Assembly (NCBI GenBank): GCA_010909165.1
Contig: MU008201.1
Location: forward strand, 186,001-250,000
Origin: Anthoceros angustus
Taxonomy: Eukaryota; Plantae; Anthocerotophyta
DNA length: 64,000 bases
Reading direction: 5' to 3'
Position numbers and translations under genes: made by a program. Under the pieces are notes generated by a model. It worked only from the letters and a program-made list of their open reading frames with translations. It had not been told where the DNA came from and ran no database searches. Positions 49,538 to 61,154 of this stretch are shown here, piece by piece (positions within the stretch are counted from its first letter, which is position 1; every line of letters starts with the position of its first letter).

Positions 49538-51334
49538 ATGGCGGAGTTGCCCTGCGATGCAGATGGCAAGTGTATGGTGTGCCACCAGCCTCCTGCTCCG
49601 GAGGAGCTCGTGTGCTGCAACAGCTGCGGGAGCGACTGGCATGCGGCGTGCCTTGCCAATGCCCCCGAGGAGCTGACCGTGTGGCAGTGCCCGGATTGCG
49701 AGCCTACGGCTGCTTCTGGCCCCTGCATCCCGCACCAGGCCGCGGCGCCGTCCGACATCGTGAGCAAGATTCGGGCCATCCAGGACGACGCCTCGCTGAG
49801 CGAGAGGGAGAAGGCGAGGCTGAGGCAGGATGTGCTAAGCGGAGGCCTCAAGGAGGAGAAGGGAAAGCCGGGGAAGGGCAAGAGCAACGGCACCTTGGAC
49901 ATTCTCACTGACAATTTGCGCTGTACCATGTGCTTGGAGCTTTGTGACAGGCCGGTGACCACGCCTTGCGGCCATTCCTCCTGTCTCCGCTGCTTCCAGA
50001 AGTACATCGCGCAGGGGAACAAGAAGTGTGACAAATGCCGGGCTACGATCCCCCCGCGGATGGCCTCGGAGCCGCGGATCAACGCGCAGATGGTGCTGGC
50101 CATCCGGCTGGCCAAGAACGGGGAGCAATCGGCGGCGCAGCGGCTGGTTTCCAAGCCCTCGGCTGCCGTGCTGGAGAACGAGAAGCGGCCGGACAAGGCG
50201 TTCAGGAGCGAGCGGGCCGTGAAGTCGGGGAAGGCGAATGCGTGTAGCGGGAGAGTGTTTGTGAAGGTTCCGCGGGATCATCTTGGCCCGATCTTGGCCG
50301 AGCATATGGCGGATGGAGAACTGGCGGCTTTCGTAGGTCAGTCCTGGGAGGACAGGATGGAGTGCAGGCAGTATGGTGTCCATCTTCCTCACGTTGCGGG
50401 AATTGCTGGCCGTGCGGAGTTTGGAGCGCAGTCTGTGGCTCTTTCCGGGGGCTATGAAGACGATGAGGATCATGGAGACTGGTTCTTGTATACCGGCAGT
50501 GGCGGGAGGGACTTGAGCGGGAACAAGCGGACTAACAAGGAGCAGTCCTTTGATCAGAAATTCGAGAAGTCCAATGAGGCGCTGCGTGAGAGCTGCCGGA
50601 AGGGGTATCCTGTGCGGGTTGTCCGCTCTCATAAAGAGAAGCGGTCCTCATATGCTCCAGAGCTGGGAGTGCGGTACGATGGGATTTACCGCATCGAGAT
50701 GTGCTGGAGGAAGAAAGGCATTCAAGGCTTTCGGGTTTGTCGGTATCTGTTTGTGCGCTGCGACAATGAGCCTGCCCCGTGGGCCAGTGATGAGCACGGG
50801 GACCGACCCCGGCCCCTGCCGATTGTCGCAGAGCTGAAGGACGCCACCGACATTACAGACAGAAAGGGCTCTCCGTTCTGGGACTGGCAGCAGGAGTCTG
50901 GACATTGGGGGTGGAGCAAACCTCCTCCCCCGAGTCAGAGTGAAGGGCTTCCTGTGTTGTCTGAGAAGCGGAAGAGGAGAGAGACTGTTGCTGGAGAGCA
51001 GAAACTTCTCAGGCAGTTTGGATGTGGTCTATGCCACAAAATCCTGGAGCTTCCGCTCTCCACACCCTGTGGTCACAATTTCTGCAAACCTTGTCTGGAA
51101 GGTAGCTGTTGTAGTCAGGAAGACACCCGGCAGCGTGGTGGTGCGAGGAGTAGCTCCTTGCGTGTGAGGAAGCCTGTGAGGCGCTGCCCTACTTGCAAGA
51201 CAGACATCAGTGAGTCGTATGCTAATCTTCAGGTGAACCGTCATCTGGAAGATATCATCGAGTCTATAAGAAAGAAGCAGAAAACTGAAGACTTAAATGT
51301 GGCTGATGAGGATATGTCCTCAGATGAGGAGTGA
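49538..51334 (+). CDS. ORTH/VIM: ORTHRUS/VIM-family E3 ubiquitin ligase (PHD-RING-SRA/YDG-RING), 598 aa, intronless
   Basis: MAELPCDADGKCMVC..HAAC..CPDC (PHD); CTMC..CGHSSCLRC..CDKC (RING1); VHLPHVAGIAG..SVALSGGYEDDEDHGDWFLYTGSGGRDLSGNKRT..RYDGIYRIE (SRA); CGLC..CGHNFCKPC..CPTC (RING2). ATG at 49538 in GCGATGGC context; open frame with no lesions. Confidence 0.96.
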   Translation: MAELPCDADGKCMVCHQPPAPEELVCCNSCGSDWHAACLANAPEELTVWQCPDCEPTAASGPCIPHQAAAPSDIVSKIRAIQDDASLSEREKARLRQDVLSGGLKEEKGKPGKGKSNGTLDILTDNLRCTMCLELCDRPVTTPCGHSSCLRCFQKYIAQGNKKCDKCRATIPPRMASEPRINAQMVLAIRLAKNGEQSAAQRLVSKPSAAVLENEKRPDKAFRSERAVKSGKANACSGRVFVKVPRDHLGPILAEHMADGELAAFVGQSWEDRMECRQYGVHLPHVAGIAGRAEFGAQSVALSGGYEDDEDHGDWFLYTGSGGRDLSGNKRTNKEQSFDQKFEKSNEALRESCRKGYPVRVVRSHKEKRSSYAPELGVRYDGIYRIEMCWRKKGIQGFRVCRYLFVRCDNEPAPWASDEHGDRPRPLPIVAELKDATDITDRKGSPFWDWQQESGHWGWSKPPPPSQSEGLPVLSEKRKRRETVAGEQKLLRQFGCGLCHKILELPLSTPCGHNFCKPCLEGSCCSQEDTRQRGGARSSSLRVRKPVRRCPTCKTDISESYANLQVNRHLEDIIESIRKKQKTEDLNVADEDMSSDEE

Positions 51335-52074
51335 GTGACAGAGGGGACGGAGGGGAACCATTCTTTTGGGAAGCCCAAAGCCAGCCCTGCGGAGTCTGTT
51401 GGAGGCAATCGGTGTTACAGGTGAGGAGTTTCACAGTGGAGGAACTGACAGACCTGGCTTCACTGACGGACCTGACTCAACAGGACCACGGCCAATCTTG
51501 TAACACTCAAATGCTAAATCCTCGTAGTAGACTTTGACATATTCGTCAGAACTGACTGACCCAGGGTTGATCAGGATAGAGCAGAGTAGGTGTGGTTTGT
51601 TCACCTTGAAACTCCAGTTTTTTCTCGGGTTTCTCTTCCGAGAGAATACTATACTCATGGACTTCAGTGATCTGACATGTCGGTAAGGAGCTGATGGCAG
51701 GATTAGACCCTCACTTATTTTGCTGCTTAGGTGTAGGTAGATGATTGAAAGCTTAATCAGACTGAGTGGAGTAGATTGTAATTGTTTGCTTCAGGCACAG
51801 GACAAAGCACAAAAGTCCAACTCGCTCCGGTCTATCACAGACTTATTCTGTAAGAATCTGTCTTGCTGACGCTACAATATTTTTTGAGCTCACGCACAGT
51901 AGATTCTGGAGGAGGAAACGCTCGTTCCTTCTGATGAGTTGTAGTTTAGTTTTTTATTTCAACCAGCCCTGGTTTGTTCCAGTTGCCTGCTTTGTCTGTC
52001 TCTGAAGCCGGCCGCCGGTGCGGGGAACTGTCCTCCTGTCCTTCTACAACCGCTGGGGCTGGAGATGCTGCTGC

Positions 52075-53352
52075 CTAGCGACGGCAGACCATGCCATCTC
52101 CAGCTTCGCCCTCTTGAGAAGAGCAGCGCATAGGTGCCAGGTTCTTGAGGATCTCGTGCACAGAATCCGCACTCCCGAACTTGGTGACTGAGCAGTCTGG
52201 CGCCATCAGGCCTGTGGCCTCGTACTGGTCGTCTCCCCCCATTCTGGGCATCAGCTGCCCGGGCTTCTTCTCCAGCACTCTGTAGCTCGGCGCGTAGGTC
52301 TGGCCCAGCACGCCCGTCACGCCGGCGGAAAGGCTGTGGAACTCGAAATTGATCTCCAGGTGCGCGAAGCAGTTTTCCGGAGTGATTCCGTAGTTCTGCT
52401 TCTGGTTCTCGGCTTCCGTGATGGGCACCACTCGGGCCAGAAGCTTGAAATGTCCTTCCACCTCGACGACGACCGCGTTCTTGTCTGTCAGCCTGTAGAT
52501 GGTGATCCCGGCGGAGGGCAGCTCCCAGGTGGAGTCCTCCCCGGAAGGAAGCAAAATGGGGACGCTGTCCATGGCCAGGTTGAGCTGGTCCACATTATCG
52601 TCCCAGATGGCAACCTGCGGGCATGGCGGATGCGAGACAGAGAAACAGGGCGAGTGAATGTCAGGTGCAAGACTTTGTGGGTTTTTGTGGGTTTTGCGAA
52701 TTTCATGCTGTGCGCGATGGTGAGATCGTGATCACCTTGTTGGCGCCCACGTAGAGCTGATGGGTGTCGAAGAGAATTCCCAAGGACTGCACCCAGGTGA
52801 AGTCGCGGGACATGCCCTCCCGGCGTCGGCCGATGAAGTGCGCGTTGATGTGCAGGTTGGTGTCGGAGACCAGGCAGAAATCCGCGTCCTTGTGGCCGTG
52901 GAAGTAGAATCGCTCTCCATCGGCTCCGACCAGCACGGGGTCGTGGCACACGGAGCCCTTCTTCTTGCAGAGGTCTTCACGATACCACAAATGCGTCAGC
53001 GAGGTGAGTACCCGACGAGAATCGATTACCAGCAGAAGGAAATGAGAGTGGACTGGATTGAGAGGAGGAGGGTTCATGAAGCAGAATTGAGAACTGGCTC
53101 ACATTTGTTGTAGTCCTCCTCCTTCTCGTGATGCACGTGATGCTTCTTCACATGGGCCTTCTTGTGGTGAGGCTTCTTGTGATGATGGTGATGATGATGA
53201 TGATGATGATGAGCCTTCTTGTGATGATGAGCCTTCTTCTTGTGGTGGCCTCCAGAGTGACCATACCCATACTCGTGGCCTGCTGCTGCCACCGCCAACA
53301 TCGCCAGCAGAGCCGCCAGCAGCAGGAGCTGAAGACCCGCCCTCTTCGCCAT
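52075..53352 (-). CDS. Secreted root-cap/LEA-related domain protein with His/Lys-rich N-terminus; exons 53352-53103, 52974-52736, 52614-52075 (342 aa)
   Basis: Signal peptide MAKRAGLQLLLLAALLAMLAVAAAG; CHDPVLVGADGERFYFHGHKDADFCLVSDTNLHINAHFIG..RDFTWVQSLG; GANK|VAIWDDNVDQL; AHLEINFEFHSLS..GVLGQTYAP..MGGDDQYEA..PDC..F. GT-AG introns of 128 and 121 nt keep the frame. Confidence 0.9.
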
Positions 53353-53960
53353 GCTTGCGAGTCACACAGGTCCGTAGACTGGAGATAGCTGCAGCAAGGA
53401 GCTTTGAAATGCGGGGGCCAGAAGCCGCCATTTGTAGGCTGCACAAGTACAGGGAACTGCTCGCTGGGTCCCGCCCTTTGGCTTTCAGGAACTGGATTAG
53501 TTCAAAGCTTGGCGGCGCCTCCACTTGCGGCAGCATGGCTACAGCAGCAGCCCGCAGGTGCCGCCTCCATATTCCAGGTCTCAGGCACCTGGTCGCGTCC
53601 CACCCTCCATGTGCAAGCCTGCCTTGGGACCACGACATAACATGTGACGCCATAGCTTGCTCAAGAATTTCCATGCAAGGGCAAGAGCTGCCGTAAGGTA
53701 TGCCCTCCTACGAGCTAGTCACAGGAGCTTGACATAGACTGTGATGCTCCCACTGATTGCTATATTCAGTAACAGCATTGGCGGCCGGACATGTGACCCA
53801 CATCTTCAGTTTGTCTCATTTGCTGAGGACACATCCTCTGCAAACTCCTGGTTGCAGTTTCTGTTTTTGGCCATGGTCACGCTCCAGGCACTGTTTGACT
53901 GGAATCACCGTGACCTCTGGAGGAGACGTTTTTCTGTACCACGTTCTGCTTACGTTCACG

Positions 53961-54470
53961 ATTCGTGGCACGGTCCTTAGAGGCATGTCCGGTTGATGGA
54001 TGTCACATGTGCAAGGAAGTCAGGTTGCCCGATGTTACATGTGCAAGGATGAAGATACATGTGCAAAGAAGAAGTAGGGATTCTCAATGCTATGGGCTGT
54101 ACAGATTGGGGGAGAATGATGGGTTTTCACAGGACACAAGGGGTGGGGTGATCCATTGTTCACGACTGCCTGAGCCTTTTCTGCAGCTTGCGTCAACTGG
54201 GGGCGGCTGTGACCTTTCCTCTCTGCAAAACCATGGTGGCAAACAGACGGAGATGGTTGGCAGACCATGTTGTGAGATAGTGCAAGGAAGAAAGGATCCA
54301 AGATATGGGCTATACAGATTGGGAGAATGATGCTGGATGTTCACATGATACCGGGGCTGAGGTGATCAATTGTTCACACGACTGCCTGAGCCTTTTCTGC
54401 AGCTTGCATCAACTGGGCAGCTATGGCCTTTCCACTCTGCAAAACCATGTTGGCAAACACTCCCGGCTCC
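53961..54470. repeat. Diverged ~215-bp tandem duplication of the ABCC stop region (~54060-54250 vs ~54280-54470) plus 3 x ACATGTGCAA
   Basis: CACGACTGCCTGAGCCTTTTCTGCAGCTTG and CTCTGCAAAACCATG occur twice. Confidence 0.75.
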
Positions 54471-57400
54471 TCCGTTTCAGAAGCCCGGCGGAGCAGGTTG
54501 GAGGGGGAGTCGAATTCAGCAATACGGCCGCCCTTCGCCAGGACGACCAGCAGGTTGGAGTCGATCACCGTCTCGATTCTGTGGGCGATTGTGAGGACAG
54601 TGCAGTCTCGGAACACCTCACGCATGGTTGTTTGAATGAGTTGGTCGGTCTCTCCGTCCACAGCGGCTGTGGCCTCGTCCATGACGATGATTCGTGACTT
54701 GCGGAGGAGGGCTCTGGAGAGGCAGAGGAGTTGCCGTTGTCCCACACTGAAGTTTGCCCCGTTGCTCTCCACTATGCTGTCCAGGCTTTGCACCTTCTTC
54801 TTCAGATGCACTTTGCGGATGGCCTCGTTGATGTCCTCATCTGCTTGCTGCTTGAAGGGGTCCAGGTTGATTCTGACTGTGCCTCGGAAGAGCACGGGGT
54901 CTTGGGGGATGATGGATAGGCGTTGCCCGAGGTCGTCTAACCCTACAGATTTGATGTCGATGCTATCCACCAGGATGGAGCCGGAGCAAGCCTTGTTCTC
55001 CACCATCCGGAACAGGGCTGCTGCGAGGCTGGACTTGCCGGCTCCAGTGCGCCCTAAAATGCCCACCTTCGTCATTGGTTGGATGGAGACGGAGAGGTTG
55101 TTGAGGACTGGAGGCAAGTCCTCTCTGTAGGCCATGGTGTAGTCTGAGAATTCTATGGCACTGTGCTGGGCCAGGCATCTGGGATCCCTCCTGGAGGTGT
55201 GTGGGGATCTGCTTCGGTTGAGAGGTTGGCGTATGTTTGGATCCTCTCCACGCTGGTGAAGTAGTTCTCGGTCTCTGCAGCCATTCGGACCCGAACTGGA
55301 GGAAGCCATTGAGCTGCAGGGCCTGCAACAGGACAACTCCAGCTATGCCTGGAGCAAGCTTGTGTCTGAGCAGGACCACCAGGAGGGCAGCTAATGTAAC
55401 GCACATGGCAGCGAGGAAGTCCAGTCTGATGCCCAGCCACCGACCAGCATGCACGAGCAGGATGTGTGCCCGGTGGTTGGCATCAACCAGTGCGATAATG
55501 CGTCTGTGGGCTCGGGATCCCACCCCGTAGGCACGTAGTGATATCACTCCTGCCAGGGTCTGTGCAAAGTGCTCGTAGATTGGGGACCGACAGACGCCAT
55601 CGAGCCTCTTGAGCTCCCTGGATACCACCATGTATCTACGCTGCAGAAGGAAGAAGCCGATAAAGAAGGGTGGCATGACAAAGAGGAACCAGGGGATGAG
55701 TACTGCGATGATGGCAAGTGAGCCGAGGCAGCCCACCATGCTCCCTGCCGTGGGGAAGGCAGTGTAGGGAAGCAGCTCATCGACCAGTGCTTGGTCTTTG
55801 CTGAACCTGTTCACGATCCTGTCAACAGGGTTCTGGTCGAAGAAAAGCTGAGGAGACCTGAAGACCTTCTCGGCCATGTTCGAATGCGTCTGCTTGGCTG
55901 CTCGGACTGTTGCTTCTGTGAAGAGGATGGCTCGGCAGAGAGAGAGGCAAAGGGCACTTGTCGCAAAGACAGCGTATCTGATGATATACACCTTTGTATG
56001 GAATCCATACTTTCTGTCCACCCACGCACTCAGCCAGTAGTCCACCATCACTCGTACTGATTGTGCTAGGCCGAAGGCTATCACCACCACTGCCCACAGG
56101 CCAATCCCTCCACTTCTGAAGTAAGCCACAAAGTTGGACCAGTCCATCACACCATGTACTCTGTCTTCTTCCACTGTGATGGCTCCAGTACCTCCTTTTT
56201 TGCTGCTGGGCTTCTCATCCCCATGCGCAGTTCGCTCATCTGCAACTGCATCTGTTGGAATGTGGTCCGACTTGGGGTGGAGGTTTTGCTCACAAACCTG
56301 CTCTCCTGTCTCATCCGGTCCTGCAACAGTCTCCTCATGTACCTCTACATCAGCTTCTGTTGTCTGTATGCTCTGATCCTCGTCCTCTTTTTCTGTGAAG
56401 CCTTGGACTGCACTGTGCTTCAAGATGTCCTCCTTCGTCATACTTCGGAGCTGACCATTGTCCATGAGATAAACCCTATTGCAGTACTGCAGGGAAGTCC
56501 TATTGTGGGTAACAAGGATGACTGTCCTGCCCTTCAGAACTCCATCCAAGACATGCACCATCAAATGCTTTGCAGTTGGCACATCAACAGCAGCAAGAGG
56601 ATCATCCAAAAACACAACGTTCACATCGCTATAGCACGCACGGGCCAAGCTGATCCTTGCCTTCTGACCCCCGCTCAGATTGATCCCCCTCTCCCCAATG
56701 TCTGTGGCATCTCAAGCGTCAAACTGGGTAAGGCCATGCTCCAAAGCACGTGCAAATATGACTTGCTTGTACCTCGCTTCATCGTACTGCCGTCCAAAGA
56801 TGATATTGTCTCTCACCGTTCCGTTGAATATCCATGGCTGCTGGGGCATATGCGCAACCCTCCCCTCAGTGTAATGAACCCCACCCAGAGTCCGCATCTC
56901 TCCTAAGAGGGCAGGAAGCAGGGAGCTCTTACCACTCCCAACAGGCCCGACAATAGCCACCAAATCACCTCTTTCCACCTTCATGTTGACGTTTGTTCAG
57001 AATAAATCGGCCAGCAGTATCCGACAAAGACCGTTGCAGCTGTTGCTCAACCGTATCCCCATCTGCAATCCTCAGACCTGGGCTACTCCGGAAGCTACTA
57101 GAGCTCCTCGCACTCCTCCTCAGGCTCCCCGTCCGGTCCTTGGAAAAGCTCTTCACGGGATTGTCACTGACATTACAGGAGCAAGTACGGCTTCTTTGGG
57201 AGCAACATCAGGCCCGTAAGCTTTCGTCAGCCGCTCCACCGTCTCCTCATCCGAATTCCCGTTGGTAGGTCAAGCAGCGACTGCAGCCTTCCCACAGAGA
57301 TCACAGCCTCTCCGAAAATTTGCAACCCGTTCGGGGTAATCGAATACGTCATCACAAGCACGCTAAACAGAGCCAAAATGGTGAACGCCTTGCTCGGGTT

Positions 57401-58160
57401 CAGGTCCCCATGATGCAACGCCACGTACGTCCCGAACGTGGCCAACGTCGCAAACGGACTCACAGAATCCTTAATAGCCGACGTGCAAGCCCTCAAGAAG
57501 GCAGTTCTCCTGATTCAACGCACCTCCGCCTTCCGCAAATCCTCCACCTGCCGCAGAAACGCCGGAGTCCATCCATTGTACTTCACGACCCGGATTCCAG
57601 TCAGGATCTCCGCCACCATCCTCACCCTGGCATCAGTCACCTTCACAGCCTTGCTCCTCAGCCTCCCGACAGCCCGGGCCATCCAGACCTGCAACGGCAG
57701 CGTCAAGAGCCCCAACACCACCCCCGGAATTGCACTCGCTCCAGCTTCCCAGATACAGAACCCAGCAATCACGACGATCTCTCCAACCGAGAACCACACG
57801 AAGTGGAAGAATATGGCAGCATCCAGCACTTGCTGCGTGTCATTCGTCACGAGGTTCAGCGTATGCCCGCTGCTGCTCTCCGCCAAGGCCACAGACTTCA
57901 TCTCCAACACCTTCTCCAACACCGCCAAGACCACGATGGACCTCACCTTCATCCCCACCTTCTGGCTGAGCGTGAAACAACTATGCTGGGTCACGCTCAT
58001 CCCTGAAGACGTCACCAGCATGTCGGCAACCAGCAACGTCCCCCACCACCATTGCAGATGCTTATCCTCCTCAGCACTCTTCACCAGAGCTTTCAGCACA
58101 TACACCTGCAGCAACGTGAAGGCGAGCCACACCGGCTTGTACAATGACGCCAGAAAGTAC
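54374..58160 (-). pseudogene. ABCC: ABCC/MRP-type ABC transporter (TMD1-NBD1-TMD2-NBD2), intronless, disrupted
   Basis: GPVGSGKSS / NLSGGQKARISLARA / FLDDPLAAVD (NBD1); FFDQNPVDRIVNRFSKD; GRTGAGKSS / NFSVGQRQLLCLSRALL / MDEATAAVD (NBD2). In-frame TGA at 57515-57517 and 56712-56714; single-base frameshifts near 57255, 57185, 56990, 55290 and 55160. Confidence 0.92.
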
Positions 58161-58719
58161 TATAGGAATAACGGGCATGATGGTCATACATGAGAAGGGA
58201 AAAATAACAGAATGATTATAATGCACTTAGTTACAGCTCCTTTTTATAGTCTCCCCGAAAGCGTGTGACTATTGGTGTAGAAGAAGAATGAAGAATTTTA
58301 TTTAAGTCCACTAGGGACGGATTTCCGTCATGGGACTTGGTACTTAACAACTTGTAACATGGTGTTCCTAAGCTACTTGCACCAAGGGCATCCACTCCCT
58401 TTAAGCACCCCATCTAAGTATGGATCCAAGCTCAGAATGCTTAATCACGGCTTTCTTATAAATGTGTCCATTTGGCCTAGCCCATTTGGACTAACTTTAC
58501 TTTGGACATTTTTACATTTTTACATTTGGACACATAGGTGTAGAGGGTTAGCCTAGCTTTACTAGATTGATATTCTAATACTCCCTCTCAGGCTGAGTAT
58601 GTTAGGCTAGCTTATTGTCTTGATAAGGAAAACCAGCAGGGCTGTACAAACTAATTGCTTGTCGCGAGGCAGGCTTTTGGTCAAGATGTCTGCCCCCATA
58701 AGCTTTGTTGGACCAATAC

Positions 58720-58839
58720 GTCCATGGTGCTTGAGTCCATAAGCCATAGTCCCCTTGAGGTCCATGGTACTTGAGTCCATAAGCCATAGTCCCCTTGAGG
58801 TCCATGGTACTTGAGTCCATGAGCCATAGTCCCCTTGAG
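58720..58839. repeat. 3 x 40-bp tandem repeat in Copia RT (plus a 26-bp-period duplication at ~58873-58921)
   Basis: GTCCATGGT(G/A)CTTGAGTCCAT(A/G)AGCCATAGTCCCCTTGAG at 58720, 58760 and 58800. Confidence 0.95.
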
Positions 58840-59501
58840 GTAACGTAAAGTGCGCTTAAGGGCGGACCAATGAGCGGGTCCTGGATTAGCCATCTCCCAG
58901 CGGGTCCTGGATTAGCCATCTGTTGGGAGAGGACACGAACAATGTGCCCTATGTCATGACGCATGGTCGTACAAATCCAGTCAATCCGCCCAACTGCTTC
59001 TTGATAGGGAATGGTCTCCATGTATTGTTTGCAATCTAGCATATTGTATTGGGTTAGAGTATTCTTAATGTATTGCATTTGCGTGAGGTGCAAGGTTCTA
59101 AGTGCACGATCGCGTGTAACCTTCATCCCAATACAGTAATGAATATCACCTAAGTTGGCCATACTAAACTTAGACTTAAGCATGAGGATAGTCTTATTGA
59201 GGAGCCCATGCTTGTCATTGCTAGTGAGGATGCAGTCATCCACATATAGTGCGAGGATGATAAGTGCATCTCCTGACCGAAGGATGTAAACGTTACCATC
59301 GGATGGGCACTTAGTGAATCCGCACGCCAAGAGGAAGTCGTCCATGTAGACGTTCCAATTCTTAGCGGACTATTTAAGGTCGTATATGCTGCGCTGAAGC
59401 AGACATACTAGATGTTCGCAGCGACGCATGTATATCTCCTCGTGCAGCTTGCCGTAAAGAAATGCCGTTTTGACATCGAGTTGTACCACCTCCCAATCGT
59501 G

Positions 59502-59776
59502 TGATAAAATATATGACCTTTAGGGCACTATTCACAAAGGTACCAGCATTTAATGATTAATTAAATGCTAGGGCTTTAGGTAGTTGCTCTTAGGTAGTTA
59601 GTAGTTAGTAGTTACTTAGTTACAACTACTTTATAGTTAGAACTACATGTTGGTTACAACCACTTATGGTTGTAACCATATGGCCTTTAAATAGGCTTGT
59701 ACTCTTTACTTATTCATTCATTGTAATATAACAGCCTGTGCTTAAGAGCTAATGATTTTCATCATGGTATCAGAGC
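59502..59776 (+). mobile_element. Nested second LTR (59502-59764, TG...CA) with tRNA-iMet PBS; rest of element missing
   Basis: Starts TGATAAAAT and ends ATTTTCATCA (imperfect inverted ends); TTTAAATAGG TATA-like site; TGGTATCAGAGC at 59765-59776; interrupts RT codons. Confidence 0.85.
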
Positions 59777-61154
59777 TAATAGCTATCTATGTTTGAGCAC
59801 TACACTCTCTTATGCCCAGTGCTACTCTAGTCTTCATCTATTGCGAATCAAGCAGCGTGGAGATTTCATCTTGGGCAACAATCAAATGGGGCCGAATCGG
59901 TGACCCCCGCTGGTCACCGATCGGCCCTCCCGGGTCACCTTGTGCGGCCCCCGCCTAACGGCGCGGCCGTCCCTTGACCAGCATACGATCGGGCACCCAA
60001 GCGGTGACGGGCAATGGCGCGCCAGCGGTGACGGGCAATGGCGGCCGGCGGCGCCCACGGCTGCTACCGGGCGCCTCTTGCTCGTCCGGTTGGGGGGTCG
60101 ACCGATTCGGTGCTTGTGAAGCATGGCGGCTGAGTTGCTCCTCCCGGATTGCGGCCTTGGGTGTGGCCTCCTGCAACCTGGTGGAGCGCAAAATTCAGAA
60201 ATGCCGGCAAAATTCACTGGAATTCCTACATAATTCGCCGGGGGTTTTTTCAAATTCCGGATCGCGGGGCCTAGTGCTCCATGTCTCATGCTGAACTACT
60301 CGCAGATCATCTTCACTCCAGCCGTGAGAGGGGCATCCACGGCTCGGGGACCGATAGTTGTTGTCGAGGCGATATCGGGGAATTCCTTGAGGATTGGAGG
60401 CCTGGGCGCATGACATGTGGCGTTGCCGAGCAGAATTATAAGACAGGAATGCGAGGACGTCAGGTAGTAAGCTCCGCATCCATCTGGGCGCCGAAGACAA
60501 TCCGAAATTCACCAAATTCCTGGTGTGGGGTCGGCGGCACGGATGTACATGGTGTGTAGCATGTGTCCTTTACCCACAAGCTCTAGTTCGTGAGCGTCTT
60601 GCCATGGGGAGAGGCAGGAGGTTAGAAGGCAAGGGAGGGAAGAGGCAAAATGCCTCTCTCCCATCCTAGAAGCCATAAAAGGGAGGTGGGGCTAGCAACC
60701 CATCAAATTAAGATTTGAAGAGGGTTGAACTAATTAAGGAGGTAAACCCACCCCAAATGATTAATCACAATGCTTAGTTGCTAGACTTAGTTGCTAAAGC
60801 AATTAATATCTGTGCCTAGACTCATGTGAGTACATAGGCAGAAATGCAACGATGCTACATTCGGGGCGGCGTCATAGCATCTGAAGGTATTAGTACGATG
60901 GATCCATAGTCTAATGTATAGCTCGTGCTTAGTCCATCTTCTGCCGAGATAGATGAACGCATTAGATCTGGCCATCAGGATTAAGCATCCTGCTCTGATA
61001 CCATATAGGAATAGAGGGCCTGATGCTCAGACATGAGAAGGGAAAAATAATGATTATATTACACTTAGTTACAGCTCCTTTTATAGTCTCCTCGGAAGGG
61101 TGTGACTCTTGGTGTAGAGGGTTAGCCTAACTTAACTAGACTGATATTCTAATA

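Larger units (their letters stand above)
58161..61154 (-). mobile_element. Internally deleted Ty1/Copia element inserted in the ABCC ORF; LTRs 58161-58580 and 61004-61154; TSD AGTAC
   Basis: AGTAC at 58156-58160 and 61155-61159; PBS TGGTATCAGAGC (tRNA-iMet) at 60992-61003 (minus); PPT TGAGAGGGAG at 58581-58590; RT motifs QLDVKTAFLYG.L.EEIY and LALYVDDCIL at 58602-59500. Confidence 0.93.

Noticed and set aside
49303-51244. Long antisense or alternate-frame ORFs over ORTH (49303-50196, 49835-50632)
   Set aside because: Shadow ORFs of a GC-rich coding region with no recognisable domains.
53099-53696. ORFs 53099-53674 and 53355-53696 as separate genes or an N-terminal extension
   Set aside because: Alternate frames over the root-cap 5' region; the ATG at 53352 already gives a clean signal peptide.
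56712-57517. TGA recoding, readthrough or RNA editing in ABCC
   Set aside because: The two TGAs replace different expected residues (W and G), ORTH and the root-cap gene use the standard code, and the gene is also broken by a Copia insertion.
54636-58193. Plus-strand ORFs over ABCC (56154-56906, 57320-58006, 57438-58193)
   Set aside because: Antisense shadows of the transporter ORF.
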